Shown here in pieces: positions 39,900 to 51,733 of a stretch of 64,000 nucleotides of DNA (within the stretch, counting starts at the first letter, position 1; every line of letters starts with the position of its first letter). The stretch is from Camelus dromedarius (taxonomy: Eukaryota), in contig NC_087436.1 in NCBI RefSeq assembly GCF_036321535.1, forward strand, positions 24,864,001 through 24,928,000, given 5' to 3'. The translations under genes were made by a program, and so were the position numbers. The notes under the pieces were generated by a model that ran no database searches, was not told the DNA's origin, and was given only the letters and a program-made list of their open reading frames with translations.

Positions 39900-40960
39900 T
39901 ATGATCAGACTCTCTCCCATCTCTCAGCAATGCTTCCCAGTTTCTCTCGAAAATATATCTCACATCTGCTCACTTCCTGCTGCCCATCCGACCATGACCA
40001 GCATACAGCCAGAGCCTCCTACTGGGTTTCTTCATCTTCCCTGTGAAGTCCATTCTCCAGTTAGAGTGATGTTTCGAAAACATGATCAGATCATGTCACT
40101 CTTCTACTTAAAAGAACCTCAGTGGTTTTCCTTTGCACAGGCCACCCTGTTCAGCCCCTGCAATTCCTCTTCTTCATCACTCCTCTCATCAGCTTGCTCT
40201 CCCTCCTCCAGCCATTCCACAATTCCTCCTTGTTGCAGTTCCTCCAGTATGCTAAGGTGATTTCCACACTCCAGTCTCTGCACAGGATGCCCTTCCTGAC
40301 GCGTTACTCTTCTGTTCACCTTCCACATGCTGGCTCCTCTGAATATTTTCAGTCTCAGCTTAAATTTTAACTTCTAGTATACAGCATAATATCCCAATCA
40401 TGCATAAATATATACATATATTCATTTTCATAGTCTTTTTCATTAAAGGTTATTACAAGATATTGAATATAGATCCCTGTACTATATAAAAGAAATTTTT
40501 AAAATCTATTTTTATATATGGTGGTTAACATTTGCAAATCTCAAACTCCCAAATTTATCCCTTCCCACCCCCTTTTCCCCTGGTAACCATAAGATTGTTT
40601 ACTATGTGTGCGAGTCTGTTTCTGTTTTATAGATGAGTTCATTAGTTTCCAGAAATTGACACATTGTAACTGACTATACTTTAATTGAAAACAAAATTTT
40701 TATCTTCTAGCAGATGCCTTTCCAACACCCTTACTAAAGTAGGTTCCACTTCTTACCCTCACTGCACCCTGTGATTTTCTTCCCAATACTTTTTTTTTTA
40801 AAACAATTTCAGCTATACACAAACACATACACGCACACACACGTACTTGGTGCTTTCTGATTGTCTCACTTAGTAGATTGCAAGTAGTATTATTGTCGAC
40901 TCTAGATCCTATACCTTACACAGTGCTTAGATCTGTATATGAAGCAGGATAAATATGTTC
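39900..40960 (+). mobile_element. L2 3' region interrupted by an L1 insertion
   Basis: 'catgatcagatcatgtcactc', 'cagtctcagcttaaat', 'atgcctttccaacaccc', 'acagtgcttag...ataaatatgttcagtaaa'. Confidence 0.7.
40378..40694 (+). mobile_element. 5'-inverted (twin-primed) short L1 with 16-bp TSD
   Basis: Antisense L1 3'UTR 40378-40647, then sense terminal piece; TSD aaattttaacttctag (40362-40377) / aatttttatcttctag (40695-40710). Confidence 0.85.
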
Positions 40961-41097
40961 AGTAAATAAGCAGGTTTACATTAAGACACAAAGAAATTGT
41001 CTATCAGTGGGGAATCTGGGAGTTAGCAGATAATAATACTGTCAGTTGAAGGTGACCATTTTGGGTCCCAAGTAAACTTAGCTGTGTCACACAGGCT

Positions 41098-41510
41098 GAT
41101 GATGAAAGCTTTGGAGTCATACGTCTGGGTTCATATTGTAGCTCCATCACTTCCTAGCAGTGTTACCTTAGGTAATTCACCTCTGTGAACTCCCTTTCTT
41201 AATATGTAACATGGAGGTAATAATATATTTTTACAAGAATGTGTGCTAGGTAATTGGCATGAATAATAATGAATAACATTTATTTGATACTTCTTTATGC
41301 CAGGTCCCAGGCTGAGAACTTTACAGACCTGTCTCCCTGGATCTCTTTATCAGTCCTGCTAGATACAAACTATCATCCTTATTTTACACACGAGGAGCTT
41401 GAAAAAGAGGATAAATTTAAGGTCATAGAGCCAGTAAGTGGCAGAATCAGGAATAACTCAGGACTTTAAATTACAGAATCTAAACTTACAAGTCCTAAGC
41501 TATATGGGCT
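41098..41510. mobile_element. Two MIRs in tail-to-tail orientation
   Basis: Plus-strand MIR 'ctttggagtcatacgtctgggttc...' to about 41265, then minus-strand MIR 'aacatttatttg...ccagtaagtggcagaatcagga'. Confidence 0.65.
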
Positions 41511-42579
41511 TCCATATGATATGTGGAACAATACTTCTAAATGTAAATAAAGAGTTATTATTTATAATGTAAGCATAGTATTTAGTATGTAAGTAGATAA
41601 AAGACATCTTAAAACATCAACGTAGCATATGGTTCCTAAAAGAGACAACTTTGCAAAGAGTGGTTGTCTTTGTTTTGATTTCTACATCTAATCCCATGAG
41701 GCCCAATTGAACTCTCTACCCTCTTCTTGCAGTATTTATGATTGTTTTACTCTCTGTAGTGTTTGGTGAACTACATTCTTGTTTGTTGCATCTTCTCTGG
41801 GTCTCAGTGGATTGTTCTTTCTTGAGGTTTGTAAATTTTTTTTGTTGTTGTAAAATCATCTTCTATGGGTGTTGTTTCATTCTGGAACTTTCCATGGGCA
41901 TTGAACTGTGGAAGTGTCCTCACTGAATAGATTTCCATTTGCTTCTGCCTGGACTCTGTGAATTTAACAAGATAGACCAATTTTTATTTTGGGGTTTCTT
42001 TATAACATAGAAAATGAAGATTTAGACCCAAACTCATTCTGGCATGGGCCTCAGGTTTTGACTTGTGATTAAAATCTTTCTTACCTCCCATCCCCACCCC
42101 AATAAGACCAATAAATAAAAGTTCCTTGCAACTTTCTCTTGGCTAATGATCAAAATATTTGTAGTGTCATTTTCACAGATGGGCCAGATCGCTGAGATTG
42201 TTGGATTTATTCAGGGTTTTAGATCCTGTTTCCCTTTTTTTTTTTTTCTTTTTTTTTTAATTGGCCAAATGCTACTTATTGTCTCCATGTACAGCTGTTA
42301 GAACCTCAGCCTCTACTTGCTTTAGCCCTTATCTGGAGCTGAATCCCTTATGGGCAGCATCCTCTGCTTATTGTATTGTCTTTCCCATCATGCATGGTTT
42401 CTATGACCCAGAAGCTACTCTTCTTTCTTTTGAGGGAGCTGTCTGAATTTTTGTGTGTGCTTTATTTTATGCAGAATTTCCATGTGTTTGTTGTGAGAAG
42501 TGAGCTCATTTACATCATCTTAGTCCATCATGTTACCCGATATCCCAAAGTGTAGAAGCACGAAGTGAAGGATTTCTTG

Positions 42580-43010
42580 TATGTGGATGGAACATGTTAT
42601 GTTGAAGGAGAGAGAGGATTATGTGGCTAGAAAGGTAGGGTGGATCCCGAGAAGCCATGCAAAGGGATGGGCTTTATTCTGTAGACCATGAGGAGCCACG
42701 GAAGACTGTTGAGTAAGTGTATAATGTAATACATTCTACCTTTTTAAGAAACTAACTGGATAACATCATAAATAATGAATGGAAAACCAAGAGATCAATG
42801 ACATGGAAACAATTAGAATGCTACTGAGAATGTCTAAGACAAAGATGATTTAGAGATTGGCCCCAGCCTTGGAAACAGAAGGGAGAGGTTAGACCTAAGA
42901 GAAAGGGAAAAGACACACCCCACAGCACTTGGAGACTTGAGGAGGGACAGGGGATCAAAGGTAACTCCTATGCTTCTGACCTGGATGATCAGAAGGATAT
43001 TTGGTCGGAT
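42580..43010 (-). mobile_element. L2 fragment
   Basis: 'gctttattctgtagaccatgaggagccacggaag...gcttctgacctggatga'. Confidence 0.55.
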
Positions 43011-44151
43011 TTATAATACTTTCTTGGAAATATAGGTTATCACTGATGACAGGCATGGCATTAGCCCACTCCCATGCTGTAAATATCCCAAATTATGGTG
43101 GCATCTAGGAGAACCAAGACTGTGGCCTGGCTAGGTAAGCAGGCAGTGTGATGGGCTGGTGGACTGACTTCTGGCTCAAAGGTAATGTTTAACAATCCTG
43201 TTTAGTGGATTATATTAAGTGTATCAAAGCTAGGTAGAAATCATCTAATGTTGTGGATTCTATACTTAAACTGTCAGGAAGCAGGGTTTGAGTCCTTTAG
43301 CTCCATTCACATTAACTGCATCTTCTGGGCTGCCACTTTTTCTGTGATGGGAGGATAGTGGGTTTCAAAGGTGAATAGTTTTTTTCTTTTCTCTGTCTGG
43401 GAATGAAATATTTGGTCTATAGGTGGAGAGAAGTGAAATTAAATGAAACCATACAAAGTGACTGAAAAAAAAAAAGCACTGTATGTTAGCAGTTTATAAA
43501 CATTTTGTGCTGACAAAGCTCAGCAAGCCTGGACAGAAATACTTGCACAAATCTGATTATAAGGCTTCCCTCACTGCAGCAGGAACTGGCTCAGCAAAGG
43601 GAATCAAAAGAATAACCTGATATAATTTATCCTTTTGCTTTTTCTTTTAAGGAGAGATGCTTGGTAGGAAAAGCATGGAGATTTCACCATCTTGTAACAG
43701 TGCAAATCCGTAAGATTTCTTTGTCTTGGGGAACTGCATCTGCGTTGTAGAGATGGGGAGGGGTAACGCCTCAGCCAAGCCTGTTGAGACTTCACCACAA
43801 ATGAGCTCCATCAACAAAGGCTTTTTACCTGCTTCCCCCAGTTCTTTCTTCCAACTGCTTTTATTTCCTTTAGGGTTGAAACCCATAAACTCCAGCAAAA
43901 ACATTCAGAGACTTGACTTTTTGACTTGAAAAGGATGATTACAAGCTAGTGTCTGTGTCTTCAAAGACCAGGTCTCCAATTTAGCCCTGAGCTCTGAGGA
44001 CAGTCACAGCTGCATGGCATCTCGCCATGGGAAGCTTTGGGGTCAAAAGCAACAGCATTTTTGAGTGGAGAAAGCTTTGATTGAAGATCAAGATTTTTTT
44101 TTAAAAAAACAATCCTACTGCGAGTCAACCATTTATGAATTGTCCTCAAAG

Positions 44152-44280
44152 AACGCTGAACTGGGAGTCAGGAGGGCTAAATTCCTGGTCTTCTTTCTGC
44201 CACTACCTATCAGTGTGACCTTAAGCAAGACCCTTGACCTCTTGGGGCCTCGGTTTCTTCATTTGTAAAATGAGGGCGAC
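44152..44280 (+). mobile_element. MIR SINE
   Basis: 'ctgccactacc..tgtgaccttaagcaag...cctcggtttcttcatttgtaaaatgagg'. Confidence 0.8.
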
Positions 44281-44294
44281 AGAACAGATTAGTG

Positions 44295-44470
44295 AGTCCC
44301 AGATGCCGGTCAGTGATGAGATGCGTTCAAACCCCTGAAAACTTTGAAATCTTTCCAGGCAGAACTCTCAGAGATTTTGATTTGTCAGACTGGGGTGTAT
44401 GTCAGGAATCTTTCATTTGCAAAGCTCCCTGGGGGATTCAGCTATGCAGCTAACGTTGGGAACCATGGTC
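44295..44470. mobile_element. MER5-like hAT MITE
   Basis: 'cagagattttgattt...caggaatctttcatt..aagctccctgggggattc..tgcagc..gttgggaacca'. Confidence 0.55.
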
Positions 44471-44477
44471 CAGGTGA

Positions 44478-46290
44478 TTTTTTAATTTTGTTTTATTTCT
44501 AAAATTCTTTTGAAAAAAAAAAATCTCAAACCCAAAAAGGTTCCAAAGAGTACAATGAGCTCTCTTACATTCTTCGTCTAGACTCACCAATTGTTAACAT
44601 TGTCACACTTGTGCTCTGTATGTGTGTGTATGTGTGTGTCTGTATGCACTATTATTACTAATATTTTTTTCTGAGCCATTTGAGAGTAAATTACAGACAT
44701 CATGATGCTTTACCTCAAAATACTTCAGCATGCATCTCCTTAGAACAAGGACATTCTCTTTTATAATCATGGTACAAAGATCAAATTCAGGAAATTTAGC
44801 TTTGATTCAATATTATTATCTAGTATACAATCTGCTTTCAAAATTTACTGATTTTCCCTATTCTGGTCTTTGTATCTAGTTAAATTTTAAATACATTTAA
44901 AAATTTTGAAATTATTGCCTTCTTCTAGAAGAGTTGAAAGTAAGTACAAAGAATTTTATTCCTGAACCATTTGAGAGTAACTTGTCAATCTGATGCTCTT
45001 ACAGCCACGTCCCCCTGTACTCTAGTGTGTGTTTCCAACAAAGACTTTCTTCAACATAAACTACAGAACAATCATCAAACAGAGGAAATGAATATTAATA
45101 CATGACTGTTGTCTAGTCCTCAGTTTTGCCAACTAGCTCAATAATATCTCGGATAGAAAAATACCCAGTTCAGAATCGTGTGTTGCATGTAGTTGTCACA
45201 TCTCTTTAGTCTCTCTCACTCTGAAATAGCTTCTCTCAAATTTCCTTGATTTTTATGACCTTGATATTTTTGAAGATTGCGGGCCATTTACTTTGTAGAA
45301 CACCCTTTAGCATGGGTTTGTTTGATGTTACTTCATGATTCAGGTTGTGCATGCTTGTCACGGCTATTGCAGCTATGATTCTGTGTTCTTTTCATTGTGT
45401 CTTATTAGGTGGCACACAATTTGGACATGTCTTATTATTGAAAAATCTTCCACTTGGATCACTTGATGAAGGTGGCACCTTCCAGGCTTCTCCACTGCAA
45501 GATTACTCTTTCTTCCTTCATAATTAATGAGTATTTTGAGGGGAGCTACTTTGAAACCATGTAAATGTCTCATTCATCTTCAGACTTTCAATTTATTCAT
45601 TCATGGGCTTATGGTTTCCTATTATATTCAGTGGGTGATAATCTGTCACTATCATTATTTTGATACTCAAATTTTCCTGATTTGGCAGTAGAAGCTGCTT
45701 CAAGCTTTGACATATGTCCCTATCATTCTTGGAGTACTTTCTTGCTCTCTGATACAAAAAAATTGTCTAGGGTCATCTTGTACTTTCTCTCCCCAGCCCT
45801 GGATTCAAATAGCTCTTCAGAAGTAGCCCTAGTTCTTTTTACTGGAAAATGGAATTTAGGAGCCCAGATATGGGCAGTAAGTGTGTTCATTACTGTTGGT
45901 ATGTTGCTGCTACTAGTTCTAGGGAATGTGTGTGTCGTGTGTGTGTGTGTGTATGCACACACATGTGTATATATACATATATACATACCCACAGATGTAC
46001 ATATATACACACATATGTATGTACTTGATATATGTAAATACCAGCTCACCAACATCCCCACACACATATTAAAATATTCAAACACCTATTTATATCTATA
46101 TTTAATCTGTCTATCAATAATTATCTATTGAAAAGTTCACACCCATACTTCCAGTTCTTACTCAGTACAGCACTATCATGTGGCTGTTCTAGTTTTCTTA
46201 CTTTTCATAATTGTAACCCACTTCTCCAATGATGAGATAACTGCACCCCTTCTTTCATCTGTTTATTCTTTGATCACTCCCTGTATTAGC
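44478..46290 (-). mobile_element. L1MC/L1MD-type 3'UTR fragments, nested
   Basis: Repeated 'gagccatttgagagtaa', 'aacaaggacattctctt', 'cacttggatcacttgatgaaggtgg'; TG/TA/CA microsatellite at about 45927-46030. Confidence 0.75.
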
Positions 46291-47492
46291 CAGTTTCCCA
46301 TCTCCGCTGCTGTTTCCTCTCCCACATTGAGTCTCTCCTCTCTGGTGGGGCTGGAGTATCTCAGAGCATGCCACTCCTCTCTCCCACCCCAGGGAAGCTG
46401 ATTACCCTGCTCACTGTCTGATACCTGCACCAGGCTGTCCCCTGTGCAGATCCCTCCTCTCCTCACTGCCGCTCTGACCCTCCTTGTGGGAGGGGTCATC
46501 TCCTAGTGTGGAGAGACTCTCCACACCTCTCAGGCTCTCCCTCACCATCCAGCTGATGCTCACGTGAGGCTCAGCTCCCACTGCCTGAGCTCCGACACTC
46601 CATACAGGCTGCCCTGCTGGTGGGGGTACCTTTCTGGCTCTGGTCAGGCTCTGACAGCCCTCTCTGGACCCTGGGCTGCTCCTACCCTGACACGGGTGCC
46701 TACTTGTTCTGCCCCGGAGAAAACAGTACCCCGTTTCTGCTCCTTGCAGTTTAACAATGAAGAAGGTAAGCTAGGTCATACAGACTTTATTTACCAAAAA
46801 CCCAGGACCAAGGATGGAGGAGAGTGTTAAATAAAGACTGTTTTAAAAAATTAATCATAGAGTATCAAATAACCTGGAGAATTTAAAATTAAAATTATGT
46901 GTAAGTTAAATAGCCATTGCTTGATGGACATTTCATTTTATTTGAGCAATATTTCTGAGTTTATTGTAACTCTGAATAGACTGAATCTGATCTGGGATTA
47001 TAGAGAAAACATCGCCATACAGGAGCCTTGGAAATTCTTATTTGGGGCAGGAGGTATTTCATGATACCAGATTTCTTTAAGGAGAACTTAAAATTTGGAA
47101 ATGTGAACTACTTACGTTAAAAAGAACACTCTTCATCTCCCTTAAGGGCTCACTTTCAGAAAATGCCTTTAATGGTAAAAGGATGGGTTTTATTATAGGA
47201 CAGGAAGAAATGTGACTTACTGGAATGGGTAACCGTAGGAGGTATAGATCTTTTATGGGGATTTTTGAAAAGAGATAGGACTTAGGGGGATAAGCTGGAG
47301 GCCTCTGGAACTCTCTGGTATTTTGTACCACATAAGCGAACACCAGTTTGGGGCTTATAAGCAAAAAAGCTGGTTTAAACACTGGAAGCCTTGTATATGT
47401 TATCCATTAGGTTATTTGCTATATAGATAAATAATAAATTTTGATGAAGTCAATAATTAAAAACTTATAGGAGTTGTAAGTTATTTGTTTTT

Positions 47493-50400
47493 TTAATGTT
47501 TTTTTTTTAAAAATAAACTTCGTTCTTTTAGGGCAGTTTCAGATTCATAACAGAATTGAGCAAAAAATAGAGAGTTCTCACATAGCCCTTCCCACCCACA
47601 CATATATACTCCCCTAGTCTCAACATCCCTCATCAGCGTGGCATTTTTGGTACAATCGATGAAACATGGGCACACTATTATCAACCAAAGTCCATAGTTT
47701 ACGTTAGGGTTCACTCTTGATGTTGTACATTCTATGGGTTTTGACAAATGCATAATGACATGTAGCCACCACTGTAGTATCATACAGAATAATTTCATTG
47801 CCCAAAAAATCCCTTGTGCTCCATCTATTCATTCCTCTCTCCCTCTCTCTCCCCAAATCCCTGGAAACCATGATCTTTTTATTGTTTCTGTAGCTGTGCC
47901 TTTTCCAGAATGTCATTTGGTTGGAATTGTACAGTTTGTAGCCTTTTCAGACTGGCTTCTTTCATTTAGTAATATGTCTTTTAAGTTTCTTCTTTGTCTT
48001 TCATGGCTTGATAGATTTTTTTTTTTACTGCACATATATTTTTAAATTTACATATATGTACTATTCATTGTTTCTAAGAACGTTTGGAGCTTTAGCTTTT
48101 TAAACTTACATAGTTATCAAAGGAATAAAGCCAACCACAAGATAAGAATTAACTGAAAAAGATACACCATGCTGTCAACAGCAACATTATTTATAATTGC
48201 CAAGATACGGAAGCATCCTAAGTGCACATCGATAGTTGAATAGATAATGGAGATGCAGCATATGTATGTGTGTGTATGTGTGTGTGTGTGTGTGTGTATA
48301 CATATACATATATATATGTAATGGAATACAGCTCACCCATAAAAAAAGAAGGATATTTTGCCATTTGTGGCCCTTCATTCACTTTTTTTTTTTTTCACTT
48401 CAAAAACCGAATTTTATAACTGGCAGAGACATTTCCATTACATCAAAAACAACAAAATACTTAGAAATAAACTTAACCAAGGAGGTTACCTATACTCTGA
48501 AAACCGAAATGACACAGAGAAATGGAAAGATTTCTTGTGCTCTTGGATTGAAAGAATCAACACTATCAAAATGGCCACACTACCCAAAGCAATCCACAGA
48601 TCCAACACAACCCCCATTAGAATACTCGTGACATTCCTCAGAGGACTAGAACAAACAATTCCAAAATTTATAAGGAACCACAAAAGACCCCAAACAGCCA
48701 AAGCAATCTGTAGGTCTCTTTTTTTCCCTCTTCTTTTTGTTCTCTTTTCTTATGGTTTGATGACTAGAGAAGATCCTTTAACATTTGTTGTAAAGCTGGT
48801 TTGGTGGTGCTGAAATCGTTTAGCTTTTGTTTATCTATGAAGCTTTTGATTTCTCCATCAAGTCTGAACAAGAGCCTTGCTGGGTATTCTTGGTTGTAAG
48901 TGTCCCCCTTGCATCACTTTAAATTTATCTTGCCACTCCTTTCTGGCCTGTAGAATTTCTGCTGAAAAATCAGCTGATAACCTTATGAGAGTTCCCTTGT
49001 ATGTTATTCATTGCTTTTCTCTTGCTAGTTTTAATATTTTCTCATCCTTAATTGTTATCAATTTGATGACTGTGTGCCTTGGTTTGTTCCTCTTTGGGTT
49101 GATTCTGTGTGGTACTCTCTGCACTTCCAGGACTTGGGTGACTGTTTCCTTTCCCAAATAGGGGAAGTTTTCGGTTATTATCTCTCCAAAAATTTTCTCA
49201 GGTCCTTTCTCTTTCTTCTTTTTCTGGGACCCCTATAATGTGAATATTAGAGTGTTTCATGTTGTCCCAGAGCTCTCTTAAATTATCCTCATTCCTTTTT
49301 ATTCTTTTTTCTTTTTTCTGTTCTGAAGTTGTGATTTCCATTAATCTGTCTTCTGCCTCATTTAGTCTATTCTTGGTTCCTTCTAGTGTATTGTTCATTT
49401 CAGTGATTTTGTTCAACTCTGTTTGGGTGTTCTTTATATTTTTCAACTCTTTGCTAAAAACTTCACTGTGCATCTGTACTCCTCTTGAGTTCTCTGATCA
49501 TCTTGGCCATCATTACTTTGAACTCTTTCTCAGATAAATTACTTATCTCCTCATCACTTATTTCTTCTTCTGGGATTTTATCTTGTGCCTTGAACTGGGA
49601 GATATTCCTTTGCCACCTCATATTGTCTGTCTTTCTACATGTTTGTAGATTCCTTCTACAGGCTTTGGGATTATTGTTTTCTTATTTCTAGCATCTGCCC
49701 CTGGTGGATGAGGCTGGACTAGAGGCTTATGCAGGTTTCCTGGCAGGAGGAGCCGGTGCCTGCCCACTGCTGGGTGAAGCTTGCTCATGGACCTCTGGTG
49801 GGTATGGCTGTGTCTAGAGGCCTTTGTGGCTTAGGAAGTCTGCTGATGGGTGGGACTGTGTTCCCACTCAGTATGTTGTTTGGCCTGAGGCTTCCCTACA
49901 GGCTGTTGGGTGGAGCTAGGTCTTGGTGCTAATGATCCAATCAAGAAGGCAGCCTCCAGGAAAGCTCATGTAGATTAACACTCCCAGACCACCACCAGCT
50001 TTTATGTCCCCAGAGTGAGCCACAGCCATCCCCCACATCCCCAGGAGACCCTCCAAATCCAGCAGGCAGGTCTGGCCCAGGTTCCTATGAAATCACTGCC
50101 TCTGCCCTTGGAGTTGGTGCACATGAGTTTCTGTGTACGCTTCTCAAGTGAATGGAGTCTGTTTTCCCTAGTCCCATGAAGATCCCAGAGCCAAGCCCCT
50201 CGGCCTTCAAAACCAGATGTCCTGGTGTCCAATTCTTTTCCTCATGCCAGGACCTGAGCTGGGGAGCCTAAGGTGGGGCTTAGAGCTCTCACTCCTTTGG
50301 GAGGGCCCCTGCAACTTAACAAATCTTCAGCTTGTGGGTCCCCCACCGCAGGAGTATGGGGTCCAAATATATCACAAGCACGCCCCTCCTACTGTCCTGC

Positions 50401-50554
50401 TGTGGTTCCCTCTTTGTTTCCATTTGCAGAAGATCTTTCTTGCTAGGTTCCAGTCTTTTTTGATGGTTCTTTAGCACTCAGTTGTGGTTTCATTGTAGTC
50501 ACGAGGAGAGGCACACTCGTGGTCCTACCACTCTGCCATCTTGACTGTAACTAA
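47493..50554 (-). mobile_element. TSD-flanked composite L1-derived element: 5'UTR + ORF1 only + captured 3' segments (HAL1-like or serial transduction)
   Basis: TSD gtaagttatttgttttt (47476-47492) / gtaagttatttattttt (50555-50571); YY1-type CAAGATGGCAG at the 5' end; ORF1 49621-48764; antisense L1 pieces; L1MC 3' end; A-tail. Confidence 0.8.
48764..49621 (-). pseudogene. Frameshifted L1 ORF1 within the composite element
   Basis: MRWQRNISQFKAQDKIPEEE...KEFKVMM; ...LRELWDNMKHSNIHIIGVPE...; ends LQQMLKDLL* (TAG at 48766-48764). Confidence 0.88.
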
Positions 50555-50675
50555 GTAAGTTATTTATTTTTAATGTAGGATATTTTATTAGTGTGACATC
50601 ATCAAATGAATCAAAATGAATGTTTTGATTGTGAAGAATTCATGAGATGTTTGCCTTGATTCCAATTCCTGGGAC

Positions 50676-50785
50676 CAAGGTTGCCATTTATGGCCTCAAG
50701 GATTGTGCCCTGGATAATTCCAGGGGGTTGTTCACACAGGTTGTGATGTGAGTAGTGCACCTGGAGGGGTGCAGTGAAGCATTTA
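50676..50785. mobile_element. MER91-like palindromic hAT MITE remnant
   Basis: Imperfect inverted arms 'ttccagggggttgttcaca...tgtgagtagtgcacctggag'. Confidence 0.5.
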
Positions 50786-51059
50786 TGAAAGAGATACTTA
50801 TTTTGCCATCATTTGTCTGTTTCCTTCATACTTAAGCAGCAGAGGAAAAGGGCTTGAACCCAGGAAAGGGAGAGAGATTATTGACATTGGCTGTAGACTG
50901 AGCATATCAACAGGCTCCTTCTGTAGTCTAAAGCCCAAGTCCAGAACCCTTGGAGTAGAAGTGGACACACTGCTGCTTAAGATGTACATGAATATCCTGA
51001 CATTTAAACAATGTAAGTGGTAGGAACTTTGTATGTCAGTGAGGGGAATTAGAAAGGAA

Positions 51060-51090
<31 letters not shown>

Positions 51091-51524
51091 GCAGCATAAT
51101 TACGTTTTACTGAATTAGCAAAGTAGCATGACCTTCGAGCTAGTCTTTGGGAGACCAGGAGAACTGTCTCTCTACCAGGCAGCCTGCCCGCCCTGCTGAT
51201 GCAGCATCTGTGGAACTCCAGGGAGTCCACTTTGAGCGTGTTAAGAAGGAACTCTGTTAGATTAAATCCCTTCTTCCATTTACAGAAAAGGAAACACTCT
51301 GTAAAGCCAGTCTTAACCAGCAGACGGATTTGAAACATTTGGCAAGATGGGTTCTGAAATACAGGCTGAGTCTTGTGTTTTGCTTCATTGAGGCCGTAGC
51401 CAGCCAGAGGCCAGGGCCACCTGAGGCATACGAAAGGGCAAGGCTTTATGAAGTTGGGCTATTTCATATGGCTTTCTGTCTTCATTTTTTTTTTAACCTA
51501 TTACTCTTGGCATCAAAATCCAAT

Positions 51525-51733
51525 TTTTAATTAATTATAAATTATTTAATTATTTAATGTAATTATTTAATAATTACATCTACTATATAATTAGTAAAAA
51601 TGATTAATAATTATAATATATACATTTAATTATTTAAAGTATAGTCAATTTATAATGTGTTAATTTCTGGTGTACAGCATGGTGACTCATTTATACGTAT
51701 ATATATTCCTTTTCATATTCTTTTTCATTATAG
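51525..51733 (-). mobile_element. L1 3'-end remnant with AT-rich degenerate tail
   Basis: AT-only tract, then 'aagtatagtcaatttataatgtgttaatttctggtgtacagcat...tttttcattatagg'. Confidence 0.75.

Noticed and set aside
47077..47382. 101-aa minus-strand ORF with internal AG/GTAAGT sites
   Set aside because: No recognisable homology and no partner exons found.
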